Shown in pieces: positions 19,353 to 29,301 of a stretch of 64,000 bases of DNA. The DNA is from Clostridia bacterium (GTDB lineage Bacteria; Bacillota; Clostridia; TANB77; CAG-508), in NCBI GenBank assembly GCA_017430135.1, contig JAFRNM010000004.1:69499-133498 (forward strand). The letters run 5' to 3'. Under the pieces are notes generated by a model, which saw only the letters and a program-made list of their open reading frames with translations, searched no databases and was not told the DNA's origin. How positions within the stretch are numbered: the stretch's first letter is position 1; every line of letters begins with the position of its first letter. A program made the translations under genes and the position numbers.

Positions 19353-21434
19353 ATGGCAGATAAATTAGTAATAGTGGAATCACCTGCAAAGGCGAATACA
19401 ATAAAAAAATTTTTAGGTGGAAGTACAAAGGTTATGGCATCTATGGGACATATTAGAGATTTGCCTAAATCTAAGCTTGGAGTAGATGTTGAACATAACT
19501 TTGAACCAGAATATATAAATATTAGGGGAAAAGGAGATTTAATAAAGTCCCTAAAAAAAGAAGCTAAATCTGCAAAAAAAATATATATCGCAACCGACCC
19601 TGACCGTGAGGGAGAAGCAATTGCATGGCACTTAGCCTATATTTTAAAAGATGAAGAAAAGAAAATTTGTAGGGTTACTTTTAATGAAATTACAAAACCT
19701 GCAGTAAATAAGGCAATTAAGGAACCAAGAGAAATCGATATGAATACAGTAGATGCCCAACAAGCAAGAAGAGTGCTAGATAGAATTGTCGGATACAAAA
19801 TGAGTCCGGTTTTGTGGAAAAAGGTAAAAAGAGGGCTTTCAGCAGGTCGTGTGCAATCTGTTGCAGTAAAACTAATAGTGGATAGGGAAACTGAAATCGA
19901 GCAATTTGTTCCAGAAGAATATTGGAATCTTTATGCAGATTTAAAAGATTCAAAGTCTAAAAAAGAATTTCATGCAAAATTTTATGGAAAAGACGGCAAA
20001 AAGCTAGAAGTACATTCACAAGAAGAAGTAGACAAGATTTTAAATGATATAGATGGTGCAAAATATATTATAGATGAAATTAAAAAAGGAGAAAAGAAAA
20101 GAACTCCAGCGCCACCATTTACTACTAGTACAATGCAACAAGAGGCTTCAAGAAAATTAGGCTTTACATTAAAGAAGACAATGTCGGTTGCACAAGGATT
20201 ATATGAAGGTGTGAAAATACCTGAACATGGCACAGTTGGTTTAATTACCTACATGAGAACAGATTCTACAAGAATTTCAGAAGTGGCTAGAGCTGCTGCT
20301 AAAACACATATTGAGAATACTTATGGCGAAAAATATTATGAAAACAGATATTACAGAACAAATAAAGATGCACAAGACGCGCATGAGGCTATAAGACCAA
20401 CTTATATTGATATTGAACCAGATTCAGTTAAAGAAAGTTTATCAAAAGACCAATATAAGTTATACAAGCTAATTTATAACAGATTTATTGCAAGCCAGAT
20501 GAGTCAAGCAATTTACGATACAATGCAAGTTAATATAAAAGCAAATAATTATGACTTCAAAGCAAGCGGTCAAACTCTTAAATTTAAGGGATTTATGGTT
20601 CTATACGTTGAAGGAACAGACTCAAAAGAACAAGAAGAAGATGGAACATTGCCAGATTTACAAGAAAAACAAGAAGTAAAACTTGTAAAGTTAGAGCCTA
20701 AGCAAAGCTTTACAGAACCACCTGCAAGATATACAGAAGCAAGTCTTGTAAAAACTTTAGAGGAAAAAGGAATAGGAAGACCTTCAACATATTCTCCAAC
20801 AATTACAACAATTTTGGAGAGAAGATATATTCAAAAGGAACAAAAACAATTAGTTCCTACAGAACTTGGAAAGATAGTAAATAAATTACTTACAGAAAAT
20901 TTTGCAGATGTTGTAAATGCTGAGTTTACAGCACAAGTTGAAAGCGAATTTGATGAAATTTCTGAAGGGAAATTGCAATGGAAAAAGATGATAGAAAAAT
21001 TTTATGGACCATTTGCAATTCAAATCGAAAAGGTTGAGAAAGAGCTAGAACATGTAGAATTAGTTGATGAAGTTTCAGATGTACAATGTGAAAAATGTGG
21101 CAGAATGATGGTTTACAAATTTGGCAGATATGGAAAGTTCTTGGCTTGCCCAGGTTACCCAGAATGTAAAAATGCAAAACCAATTATTGAAACAATAGAT
21201 GTACCTTGCCCAAAATGTGGAGCAACTGTGCAAGTAAGAAAGACAAAACGTGGTAAAAAATATTTTATTTGTGAAAATAATCCGGCATCATGTGATTATA
21301 TTTCTTGGAATAAACCAAAACCAGGAGAGGAATGGAATCCAGAAGATATGGCTGAAGTTGAAACAAAGCCAAAAGCTAAAAAGAAAACTACAACTAAAAA
21401 GAAGGCTACAAAAAGAAAAACAACAAAAAAATAA
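19353..21434 (+). CDS. topA: DNA topoisomerase I.
   Basis: Toprim domain (LVIVESPAKA...DPDREGEAIAWH), topoisomerase IA core (ITYMRTDSTRIS), C-terminal Zn-ribbon repeats (CEKCGRMMV...CPKCGA) and a Lys-rich tail. Confidence 0.95.
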   Translation: MADKLVIVESPAKANTIKKFLGGSTKVMASMGHIRDLPKSKLGVDVEHNFEPEYINIRGKGDLIKSLKKEAKSAKKIYIATDPDREGEAIAWHLAYILKDEEKKICRVTFNEITKPAVNKAIKEPREIDMNTVDAQQARRVLDRIVGYKMSPVLWKKVKRGLSAGRVQSVAVKLIVDRETEIEQFVPEEYWNLYADLKDSKSKKEFHAKFYGKDGKKLEVHSQEEVDKILNDIDGAKYIIDEIKKGEKKRTPAPPFTTSTMQQEASRKLGFTLKKTMSVAQGLYEGVKIPEHGTVGLITYMRTDSTRISEVARAAAKTHIENTYGEKYYENRYYRTNKDAQDAHEAIRPTYIDIEPDSVKESLSKDQYKLYKLIYNRFIASQMSQAIYDTMQVNIKANNYDFKASGQTLKFKGFMVLYVEGTDSKEQEEDGTLPDLQEKQEVKLVKLEPKQSFTEPPARYTEASLVKTLEEKGIGRPSTYSPTITTILERRYIQKEQKQLVPTELGKIVNKLLTENFADVVNAEFTAQVESEFDEISEGKLQWKKMIEKFYGPFAIQIEKVEKELEHVELVDEVSDVQCEKCGRMMVYKFGRYGKFLACPGYPECKNAKPIIETIDVPCPKCGATVQVRKTKRGKKYFICENNPASCDYISWNKPKPGEEWNPEDMAEVETKPKAKKKTTTKKKATKRKTTKK

Positions 21435-21536
21435 AAGTTGCTGGAGCAACTTTTATTTTTTATTGAATTTTACTTGACAAATTTATAATAATTTGGTATT
21501 ATTTTAAATGCTTAGTCATATAATTAAATAACAGAT

Positions 21537-21612
21537 GCGGGAATAGCTCAGTTGATAGAGCGCTGCCTTGCCAAGGCAGAGGTCGCGGGTTTGAGCCCCG
21601 TTTCCCGCTCCA
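21537..21612 (+). tRNA. tRNA-Gly (anticodon GCC).
   Basis: Acceptor stem GCGGGAA/TTCCCGC. Anticodon stem-loop CTGCC-ttGCCaa-GGCAG. T-arm GGTTTGAGCCCC. Ends CCA. Confidence 0.85.
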
Positions 21613-21625
21613 TTTTATGACAACA

Positions 21626-21915
21626 CATCTCATAAATTGAATATTCGGCGACATAGCCATGCTGAAGCTGTTCGAGCATAAGCGAGTTACAGATTCAGTA
21701 CACTGCGTAGCAAGAAATTCAAGCGTAGCGAAGGATTTCTGGTCAGCGGAGCAGTGAGTGGTATACATTAGTTCATATCTCATAAATTGAATATTCGGCG
21801 ACATAGCCAAGTTGCTGAGGCTGTTGAGGCTTTGCCGATTACAGCGTCAGTATGCAGGGAGCGAAGCGAGTCGCAGGTAAGTATAGTTATTCATGAGTAC
21901 AAATTGGAGTTATTC
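21626..21915 (+). repeat. Two tandem degenerate ~150 bp units. Each begins with CATCTCATAAATTGAATATTCGGCGACATAGCCA, i.e. it carries the first 17-18 nt of the downstream tRNA-Cys.
   Basis: The direct repeat TATTCGGCGACATAGCCA occurs at 21643, 21792 and 21911; the last is the genuine tRNA-Cys 5' end. The intervening 120-nt bodies are diverged copies sharing GCTGARGCTGTT, GATTACAG and GCGAAG. Confidence 0.6.
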
Positions 21916-21989
21916 GGCGACATAGCCAAGTGGTAAGGCACGAGTCTGCAAAACTCTGATCCCCGGTTCAAATCCGGGTGTCGCCTCCA
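21916..21989 (+). tRNA. tRNA-Cys (anticodon GCA).
   Basis: Acceptor GGCGACA/TGTCGCC. Anticodon loop ctGCAaa. T-arm GGTTCAAATCCGG. Ends CCA. Confidence 0.85.
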
Positions 21990-22643
21990 TTAAATAATAA
22001 TTTTAGGCATTTGGTATAGGTTGATACAGAGTATCACAACTGATTACGGAATGCCTATTTTCATTCTCATTGGACATTTAATTTCGAAATTACTTGATAC
22101 AGTTTAATATAAATTACTACATATATTGCAATAAAAAATGCAATAGAATTATAAGGCAATTAAGTAAAGAATATATAATATCAACCCATATATGAAATAT
22201 ATGTTTAAAAAGTTGTATAAAGCAGAATTTGGTGATAGAGTATAAATTAATAAAAATAAATTTATTACTTGTGCACATTATAAGTAATATTCCGAACAAA
22301 AGAAATAAAAAAAGTATAATAGACAAATATATGGTCAATGCAATGGCAGTCATATAATAATTGATGAAAATAATGTTGCAACAATATATGGAGATACTTA
22401 TCTTATTGAAAATGGAAACATTACTAAAATCTGTGATAATAAAAATAATAGAATAATAAATGTAAATGTTAAAACTTTATAATTAAAATGTACAATAAAG
22501 ATAAAATATTAAAAAAATATTGATTTTTTAAAATAATTTTAGTATAATAAATATAGGAAATGACAATTCCACAAACGTGGTTTTGCCGAAATAGATATAA
22601 AAACTCACATCTAAATCGTCAAATTTACAGATGTGAGCTTTTT

Positions 22644-22883
22644 TTATTTATGTAGTTGCTTATCAACCCAGTTCTTATAAAGAACTGATGCCAAGGCAAC
22701 GTTTAATGTTAAAGATAACATCAAGGATATTATTAAAAATAGTATCACTTCAACCATAAACATCACCACCCTTCCTACGATGTTTCGTAAAGATTGGTGG
22801 CAAAACCACATCTGCTTATTATCATTTCCTGTGAAAGAATAATACCATAAATGCGATTTAAAGTCAAGAACATTTTTTTGCAT
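22644..22883 (-). CDS. Possible small membrane protein (79 aa). Weak call.
   Basis: Hydrophobic stretch VVMFMVEVILFLIISLMLSLTL. A bidirectional terminator hairpin lies immediately downstream at 22624-22650. No good RBS. Confidence 0.25.
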   Translation of the reverse strand: MQKNVLDFKSHLWYYSFTGNDNKQMWFCHQSLRNIVGRVVMFMVEVILFLIISLMLSLTLNVALASVLYKNWVDKQLHK

Positions 22884-23069
22884 TTTATATTTTTTTATAA
22901 ATCTTATCTATTATGCAAAATTACAATTTGCTATAAGTTACAAAATATGACAAATAGCTATTTAGCTTATTTAAACATTTGCAAAAAAATTGCAAGATAT
23001 ACTTGAAAAAAAACTTAAAATAGTATATAGTGGGAGCTAGAAAAATTATAGAAAAGGAATGTTGAAAAT

Positions 23070-26057
23070 ATGAATAAAGAAATGGTTGAGATACTTGAAA
23101 TTAGAGAAAATTTAAAAGATTTAAAGAAAACAACAGAAGCAGAAATTGAGAAAATCTCTAAAAAGTTAAAAGATAATAAAGCAGAAAACAGAAAACTTAT
23201 ACAATCTAAATTTGAAGAAATTATGGAATCTTATAGCTATAGTATTAACAACAATCCTAATTTAGAAAAATTTTTGAACGAAGACGAAATATATAAATTG
23301 ATCGATAGCAAAATTAAAGAAAACAGCAAAGAAACTGAGATAGATGAATTAACAGGATTAGTAGAAGAAATTGCTGATAAAGTAGTTGATGAAAATAAAA
23401 AATTAAAAGATAGAATAAAAAATTTAGAAGAATCTGATAAATTGACAGAAACTCAAAATACTTTGGAAGATAATATTGCAACATTAGAAGGAAAATTTCA
23501 AGGAAATAAACTTGAAACAACTGAGCAAATTCAAAGTATAAAGGAACAAATTGATTTACTTAAAGAAAAGGTTCTAAACGAAGAAGATATAGAAAATTTA
23601 ATAGAGCAAAAAACTGATACAACTATTGATAATAAAGAAATAAAAGCTTTAAAAGAAAGTGCTGAAGAAATACAATTTTTAAAAGAAAGAGTTGAAGTGA
23701 TACAAGCTCTAAAAGAAAGAATAGAAGAAATAAGAGACACACAAAACAAGCAAGAGGAAAAGCTTGGACAAGTTGAAGGCTTACAAATATATCAAAATGA
23801 AAAGCAAAAAGAGATTGAAGAAACAAATTCTAAAATAAAAGACATTGAAAAGCAATTAGAAAAATTGGAAAAAAATTATAAACAAGATTCTGACCAAGTT
23901 AATGAACTAAATGAACAAAATCTTGCTTATGGTGAAAAAATAGATACTTTAATTGCATTGGTTCAAGAACAAGAAAAACAGCTTGACAAATACGAAGAAG
24001 AAATTAACAGATTAGAAGAAAATACTGAAAAACATGAAGAAAAGCTACAAACAATTGGGGTTGGAACTGATGAGTTAAAAGAACAAATAAAGAAAGAATA
24101 TGATAAGAAAATTATTAATTTTGAAGATAGGTTAAATCTTGCAGAAAAATATCAAAATGATCATGAAGAAAAATTAGAAAAAACAAGTGAGGAATTGAAA
24201 GAGGTACAAGGCTTTGCAGAAATACTTCAAGGAAAGATAAATGATAAAGTAGTCGAATTTGAAGAAAAACTAACTGAAAATTCAGAAGATTTAAAAGAAA
24301 AAATAAATGAAAAAGATGCAACTATTGAAGAAATAAATAAAAATGTTGAGGGATTAGAGCAAAAGCTAAATGAAAAGATAGAAGAACTAGATGAAAAACA
24401 AGAAAGCTTTGAAAATAATGTTGAGAAAAACATTACAAAAATGAACGAAAAACATCAAAATTATGCTGTAAGTCTAAATTTCTTAAACAAAAATATTGAA
24501 GAGCATAAAGAAGAAACACAAAATTCAATTGAAGGTTTAAATGATAAAACAGGAGAGATTGAACAACAAATTGAAAAAATTCAAAATATATTAGAAAACT
24601 ATAATTTAGAGAAGCTTCATGAAAAAGTAGATGAGATAGAAGAAAATACTACTCAAATACAAGAAACAACGATTGCAACTGAAGAAAAAACAAATATTGC
24701 AATAAAAGAAATTGAAGAGAAAATTCAAGAATTACAAGAAAATGTAGAAGTTCAAGAACAAATAAATAATAAAATTACTCTATTAAAAGAACAAATTAAA
24801 AAATTGCAAGATAATTCTAAAATTGAAGAACAATTGAATGAAAAAACTGAATCTTTAGAAGAAAAAATTAATGTTAAAACAGAAGAATTTGAAGTAAGAA
24901 TCGAAGAATTAAATGAAATAAATAGTGAAAAGTTTGTTGAATTTAAGACTTTAAATGAGGAAAAAATGGAAGAATTGGAAAATTCTTTTACTGAAAAGCT
25001 TATAAAATTGGATAATTCTTATAACGAAAAAATAGAAGAAGTCAAAAATTTATATAACGATAAATTTGAAGAAATTGAGATTTCAAACAATGAAAAAGTT
25101 GAAAAAATAGAAGAATCTTATAATGAACAAATCGAAAAAATAGAAGATTTATACAATGGTAAGATAGAGAAAATAGAAGAAGCTTATGAAGGTTATAATG
25201 AAAAGATAGAAGAAGTTAACGCGAAAACAGAAAAAATCGATGATATTACTAAAAAACAAGAAGAGACAGCTAGAAAGGTTAAAAATCTAGCAATTGCAAT
25301 GGAAGAAAGATTGGAAGTTGCAGAACAAGGAATAGAAAATTCAATTAAACAGGCTATTGAAGAATTAGGCGTACAAGCACAATATGAAGAACTAAATGGG
25401 CAAGTAGAAGAAAGAATTTCCACATTAAATGAAGAAATTGTGGAAAAAGTCAACCAAGAAATTGAAAATGCAAATTCTAAAATGCAAGCAGAAAATGAAC
25501 TTCTAGTAGACAATAAAATCCATTCTATGCAAACAAAGGTAAATAAAGTATTTACAAAGCAATTAGATGAACTTCAAGTACAAAACGAAATGAGAATGCA
25601 AGAGCAAATAGAAAATGTAAAAAAACAAGCAAATGAAGTTTTAAATAAGGAACTTGCTAAGATAAAAGTTGAAAGTAAAAAACTTATAAATGAGAGCATA
25701 GCAAGAATCCAAATTGAAAACGAAGAAAAGCTTTCTAAACAGATTAAGTCTATGCAGGTACAAACAAGCGGAATTGTAGATAAAAAATTAAAACTAATGC
25801 AAGCAGATTATGATAATAAATTACAAAAATTAGAAAAAATGATTACTGCTTTAACAGAAGGTGCTACAGATTCCACAACAGCTAGAAGAAAAACTACAAG
25901 AAGTGGAATAACAACTCAAGTATTTTCTTATGAACCAGTAGATAATTATGATAATAATTTAATTGGCTCAATAAAAGAAACTAAAGTAAAACAAGCAGCA
26001 AAAAATATTGAACCAATGGATTATGAAGATTCTGGAATTATAAATTTCTTTGAATAA
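23070..26057 (+). CDS. Very long (995 aa) Glu/Lys-rich coiled-coil protein of unknown function.
   Basis: RBS AAAAGGAATGTTGAAAAT before the ATG. Almost entirely heptad-like E/K/I/L repeats (EEKIEE..., KIEEV...). No TM segment and no signal peptide. C-terminal globular tail. Confidence 0.75.
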   Translation: MNKEMVEILEIRENLKDLKKTTEAEIEKISKKLKDNKAENRKLIQSKFEEIMESYSYSINNNPNLEKFLNEDEIYKLIDSKIKENSKETEIDELTGLVEEIADKVVDENKKLKDRIKNLEESDKLTETQNTLEDNIATLEGKFQGNKLETTEQIQSIKEQIDLLKEKVLNEEDIENLIEQKTDTTIDNKEIKALKESAEEIQFLKERVEVIQALKERIEEIRDTQNKQEEKLGQVEGLQIYQNEKQKEIEETNSKIKDIEKQLEKLEKNYKQDSDQVNELNEQNLAYGEKIDTLIALVQEQEKQLDKYEEEINRLEENTEKHEEKLQTIGVGTDELKEQIKKEYDKKIINFEDRLNLAEKYQNDHEEKLEKTSEELKEVQGFAEILQGKINDKVVEFEEKLTENSEDLKEKINEKDATIEEINKNVEGLEQKLNEKIEELDEKQESFENNVEKNITKMNEKHQNYAVSLNFLNKNIEEHKEETQNSIEGLNDKTGEIEQQIEKIQNILENYNLEKLHEKVDEIEENTTQIQETTIATEEKTNIAIKEIEEKIQELQENVEVQEQINNKITLLKEQIKKLQDNSKIEEQLNEKTESLEEKINVKTEEFEVRIEELNEINSEKFVEFKTLNEEKMEELENSFTEKLIKLDNSYNEKIEEVKNLYNDKFEEIEISNNEKVEKIEESYNEQIEKIEDLYNGKIEKIEEAYEGYNEKIEEVNAKTEKIDDITKKQEETARKVKNLAIAMEERLEVAEQGIENSIKQAIEELGVQAQYEELNGQVEERISTLNEEIVEKVNQEIENANSKMQAENELLVDNKIHSMQTKVNKVFTKQLDELQVQNEMRMQEQIENVKKQANEVLNKELAKIKVESKKLINESIARIQIENEEKLSKQIKSMQVQTSGIVDKKLKLMQADYDNKLQKLEKMITALTEGATDSTTARRKTTRSGITTQVFSYEPVDNYDNNLIGSIKETKVKQAAKNIEPMDYEDSGIINFFE

Positions 26058-26110
26058 AAAAGCAAATTTTTGGGAGCAAACTTTTGGGAATAAATCCTAA
26101 AAGTTTGTTT
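26058..26110 (+). terminator. Terminator of the coiled-coil gene. Weak member of the TTTTGGGA palindrome family.
   Basis: CAAACTTTTGGGA-ataaa-TCCTAAAAGTTTG followed by TTTTTTT. Confidence 0.55.
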
Positions 26111-26246
26111 TTTTGCACCGACAATGTTATTAAATTTTGTCTTTTGCAATTATAATAATGCCCACTATTGTTCTTGCAAATTTTTTAAAATTGTAGTATA
26201 TTTACAAGGTAAAATGCAGAAACAAAGGAAAGGATTTTGAATAGAT

Positions 26247-28433
26247 ATGGAAAAAATTATTAAAACAATTGCTGAGGAACTTAACATTAAGCCTACTCAA
26301 GTTGATGCGACAATAAAATTGATAGATGAGGGAAATACTATTCCGTTTATTGCTCGTTATAGAAAAGAAGTTACAGGTGGCTTGAGTGATGAAATTTTAA
26401 GAGATTTAGCTGACAGATTGAATTACTTGAGAAATTTAGAACAAAGAAAACAAGAGGTTATAAATTCTATTGAAGAGCAAGGTAAACTTACAGATGAAAT
26501 TTTGCAAAATGTTGCAATTGCTAAAACATTAGCAGAAGTTGAGGATATTTATAGACCTTATAAACAAAAGAAAAAAACAAGGGCAACAGTTGCAAAAGCA
26601 AAGGGCTTGGAACCACTTGCTGAAATTATTTTAGCTCAAGAGGAAAAACAAGATATTTTTGAGATCGCAAAACAATATATAAATGTAGATAAATTATCAG
26701 ACGAAGATAAGAAAAATAAAGATAAGGTAGTTAATACTGCAGAAGAAGCGGTACAAGGTGCTTTAGATATTATTGCAGAAAGTATTTCTGATGATGCAAA
26801 ATACAGAAAAGAAATTAAAAGACTATGTTATAGAGAAGGCTTGATTGTTACAAAGGCATCAAATGAAGAAGAAAAGACAAATTATGAGATGTATTATGAC
26901 TTTAATGAAGCAATAAAATTTATTCCAAGCCATAGAATTCTAGCAATCAACAGAGGGGAAAAGGAAGACGCTATTAAGGTTAAAATTGAAAAGCCAGAAG
27001 AGAAGATTTTAAATTATATTGAAAGAGACATTCTTAAAAAAGAAGAAACTCAATTTACTGGAATGTTAAAAGAGACAGTTTTAGATGCTTTCAAGCGTTT
27101 GATTGAGCCATCAATTGAAAGAGAAATTCGTTCAGATTTAACAGAAAAGGCAGAGGAAAAAGCTATAAAGGTATTTGGTCAAAATTCAAAACAATTACTT
27201 TTAGGAGCTCCAATTAAGGGAAAAACAGTTATGGGATTTGACCCAGCATATAGAACTGGTTGCAAAATTGCTGTAATTGACGAAACAGGAAAGGTGCTTG
27301 ATTATACAACAGTATATCCTACAGAGCCACAAAATGACGTTGTTGGGGCTAAAAAAGAGCTTTTAAAACTTATTGATAAAGATAAAATTGACATGATAGC
27401 AATTGGTAATGGTACAGCTTCTCGTGAATCTGAAATGTTTGTTGCTGATATGTTAAAAGATACTTCAAGAGATGTAAGCTATGTAATAGTAAGCGAAGCA
27501 GGTGCTTCTGTTTATTCTGCTTCTAAGCTTGCAACAGAAGAATATCCAGATATAAATGTTTCAATAAGAGGTGCAATTTCAATTGCAAGACGTTTACAAG
27601 ATCCATTAGCAGAACTTGTAAAAATAGATCCTAAAGCAATTGGAGTTGGACAATATCAACATGATGTTAATCAAAAAAGATTAGCTGAAAGTCTAGCAGG
27701 AGTAGTAGAAGATAGCGTTAACAAAGTTGGAGTTGATGTTAACACTGCAACACCATCACTTTTGAGTTATGTTTCTGGAATAAATTCTACAATTGCTAAA
27801 AATATAGTAAAATATAGAGATGAAAATGGAAAATTAAAAAATAGAAAACAATTATTAAAAGTTCCAAAACTTGGAAAAGTAGCGTTTGAACAATGTGCAG
27901 GATTCTTAAGAATTATGGATGGAGATAACCCATTAGAAATAACTGCTGTTCACCCTGAAAGCTATGAAGCAACAGAGAAACTTTTAAAATCAATTGGCTT
28001 TGACAAAGAAGATTTAAGAAATAAAGAAAAAATAACAGATTTAAGACAAAAATTAAAAACAATAGATGTTAGCAAAACAGCCACAGAACTTGGCATTGGA
28101 GAAATGACTTTAACAGATATAATTGCAGAGCTTGCAAAACCTGGTAGAGACCCAAGAGACGAAATGCCTAAGCCAATTTTAAGACAAGATGTATTAAAAT
28201 TAGAAGACTTAAAAGAAGGAATGATACTAACAGGAACAGTAAGAAATGTAATAGACTTTGGAGCATTCGTAGATATAGGCGTAAAATATGATGGTTTAGT
28301 TCATATTTCAGAAATGAGTGAAAAATTCATAAAAAATCCTTCTGATATAGTTTCAGTTGGAGACATTGTAAAAGTTCGTGTAATAAAAATAGATATGGAA
28401 CGTAAAAAAGTTGCATTATCTATGAAAATATAG
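26247..28433 (+). CDS. tex: Transcription accessory protein Tex (YqgF/RuvC-like, HhH and S1 domains).
   Basis: N-terminal PTQVDATIKLIDEGNTIPFIARYRKE is the Tex hallmark. A C-terminal S1 domain (GMILTGTVRNVIDFGAFVDIG...VHISE) is also present. Confidence 0.9.
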   Translation: MEKIIKTIAEELNIKPTQVDATIKLIDEGNTIPFIARYRKEVTGGLSDEILRDLADRLNYLRNLEQRKQEVINSIEEQGKLTDEILQNVAIAKTLAEVEDIYRPYKQKKKTRATVAKAKGLEPLAEIILAQEEKQDIFEIAKQYINVDKLSDEDKKNKDKVVNTAEEAVQGALDIIAESISDDAKYRKEIKRLCYREGLIVTKASNEEEKTNYEMYYDFNEAIKFIPSHRILAINRGEKEDAIKVKIEKPEEKILNYIERDILKKEETQFTGMLKETVLDAFKRLIEPSIEREIRSDLTEKAEEKAIKVFGQNSKQLLLGAPIKGKTVMGFDPAYRTGCKIAVIDETGKVLDYTTVYPTEPQNDVVGAKKELLKLIDKDKIDMIAIGNGTASRESEMFVADMLKDTSRDVSYVIVSEAGASVYSASKLATEEYPDINVSIRGAISIARRLQDPLAELVKIDPKAIGVGQYQHDVNQKRLAESLAGVVEDSVNKVGVDVNTATPSLLSYVSGINSTIAKNIVKYRDENGKLKNRKQLLKVPKLGKVAFEQCAGFLRIMDGDNPLEITAVHPESYEATEKLLKSIGFDKEDLRNKEKITDLRQKLKTIDVSKTATELGIGEMTLTDIIAELAKPGRDPRDEMPKPILRQDVLKLEDLKEGMILTGTVRNVIDFGAFVDIGVKYDGLVHISEMSEKFIKNPSDIVSVGDIVKVRVIKIDMERKKVALSMKI

Positions 28434-28451
28434 CCTAAAAATTTTTAAAAC

Positions 28452-28500
28452 TTTTTGGGACACTCTTAAAATTCAAGACTTTTTGGGACACTCTTAAAAA
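28452..28500. repeat. Two direct copies of TTTTTGGGACACTCTTAAAA (family member C, half element).
   Basis: CTTTTTGGGACACTCTTAAAATTCAAGACTTTTTGGGACACTCTTAAAAAG, immediately 3' of tex. Confidence 0.75.
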
Positions 28501-28596
28501 GTTTCTAAAACTTTTAATTGATAAATTAGCACAAAATACTTGCTTTTTATACATTTTACTAATATAATGTATAAAAATGTTCAGAGGTGATGCCAA

Positions 28597-29280
28597 TTGA
28601 ATAAAGACACAATTGCATTGGAAGAAAATGAAGAAATTTCAGAAATGAAAAAAATTAATGAAGAGTTAAGCGAATCAAATACCATATTAGAAAATGCGTA
28701 TTTAGAGCTTGTAGAAACTTTAAGACTTGCAGTTGAAGCCAAAGATACATATACAAGAGGTCATTCTGATAGAGTGTCAGCTTATTCTGTTTTGTTGGGT
28801 GAAAAACTAGGTTTATCATCTAGAAAATTGAAAACACTGAAAATAGGTGGGATATTCCACGATATAGGAAAAATTGGGGTGCCAGACAGTATTTTATTAA
28901 AGGAAAGAGGTCTTACAGAAAGCGAATTCGCAGAAATAAAAAAACATCCTTTAGTTGGCGCTGAAATGCTTGCACCTGTTTCATATTTTAAAAATATCAT
29001 ACCTATAATAAAATATCACCATGAAAGATATGATGGAACTGGCTATCCTGCTGGTTTAAAAGGAGAAGATATACCATATTTAGCAAGAATAGTAGCTGTG
29101 GCAGATAGTTTTGATGCTATGACTTCTAAGCGTTCTTATAGGAATTCCTTAACAAGAAAAAAAGTTATTAAACAGCTTGAAATTGGCAAAGGAACTCAAT
29201 TTGACCCACAAATTGCTGATGCAATGCTGGATATTATTATCAATGAACCTGAAAAAATAAAAGAGGTTCAGAAAATATAA
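28597..29280 (+). CDS. HD-GYP domain phosphohydrolase (probable c-di-GMP phosphodiesterase).
   Basis: HD motif HSDRVSAYS...GGIFHDIGK and HHERYDGTGYP (the GYP motif). RBS AGAGGTGA before a TTG start. An alternative ATG lies at 28645. Confidence 0.8.
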   Translation: MNKDTIALEENEEISEMKKINEELSESNTILENAYLELVETLRLAVEAKDTYTRGHSDRVSAYSVLLGEKLGLSSRKLKTLKIGGIFHDIGKIGVPDSILLKERGLTESEFAEIKKHPLVGAEMLAPVSYFKNIIPIIKYHHERYDGTGYPAGLKGEDIPYLARIVAVADSFDAMTSKRSYRNSLTRKKVIKQLEIGKGTQFDPQIADAMLDIIINEPEKIKEVQKI

Positions 29281-29301
29281 AAGTAAAAAGAGGAGGAAAA
29301 A

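Noticed and set aside
21499-21810. A 103-aa minus-strand ORF with a repeated MAMSPNIQFMR motif.
   Set aside because: It overlaps tRNA-Gly and the tandem tRNA-Cys-fragment repeats. Its internal repetition simply mirrors the DNA repeat. Not a gene.
23314-25513. Multiple minus-strand ORFs of 60-110 aa inside the coiled-coil gene.
   Set aside because: They are antisense to GAA/AAA-rich coding sequence, which gives Phe/Leu/Ser-rich junk translations. None has an RBS.
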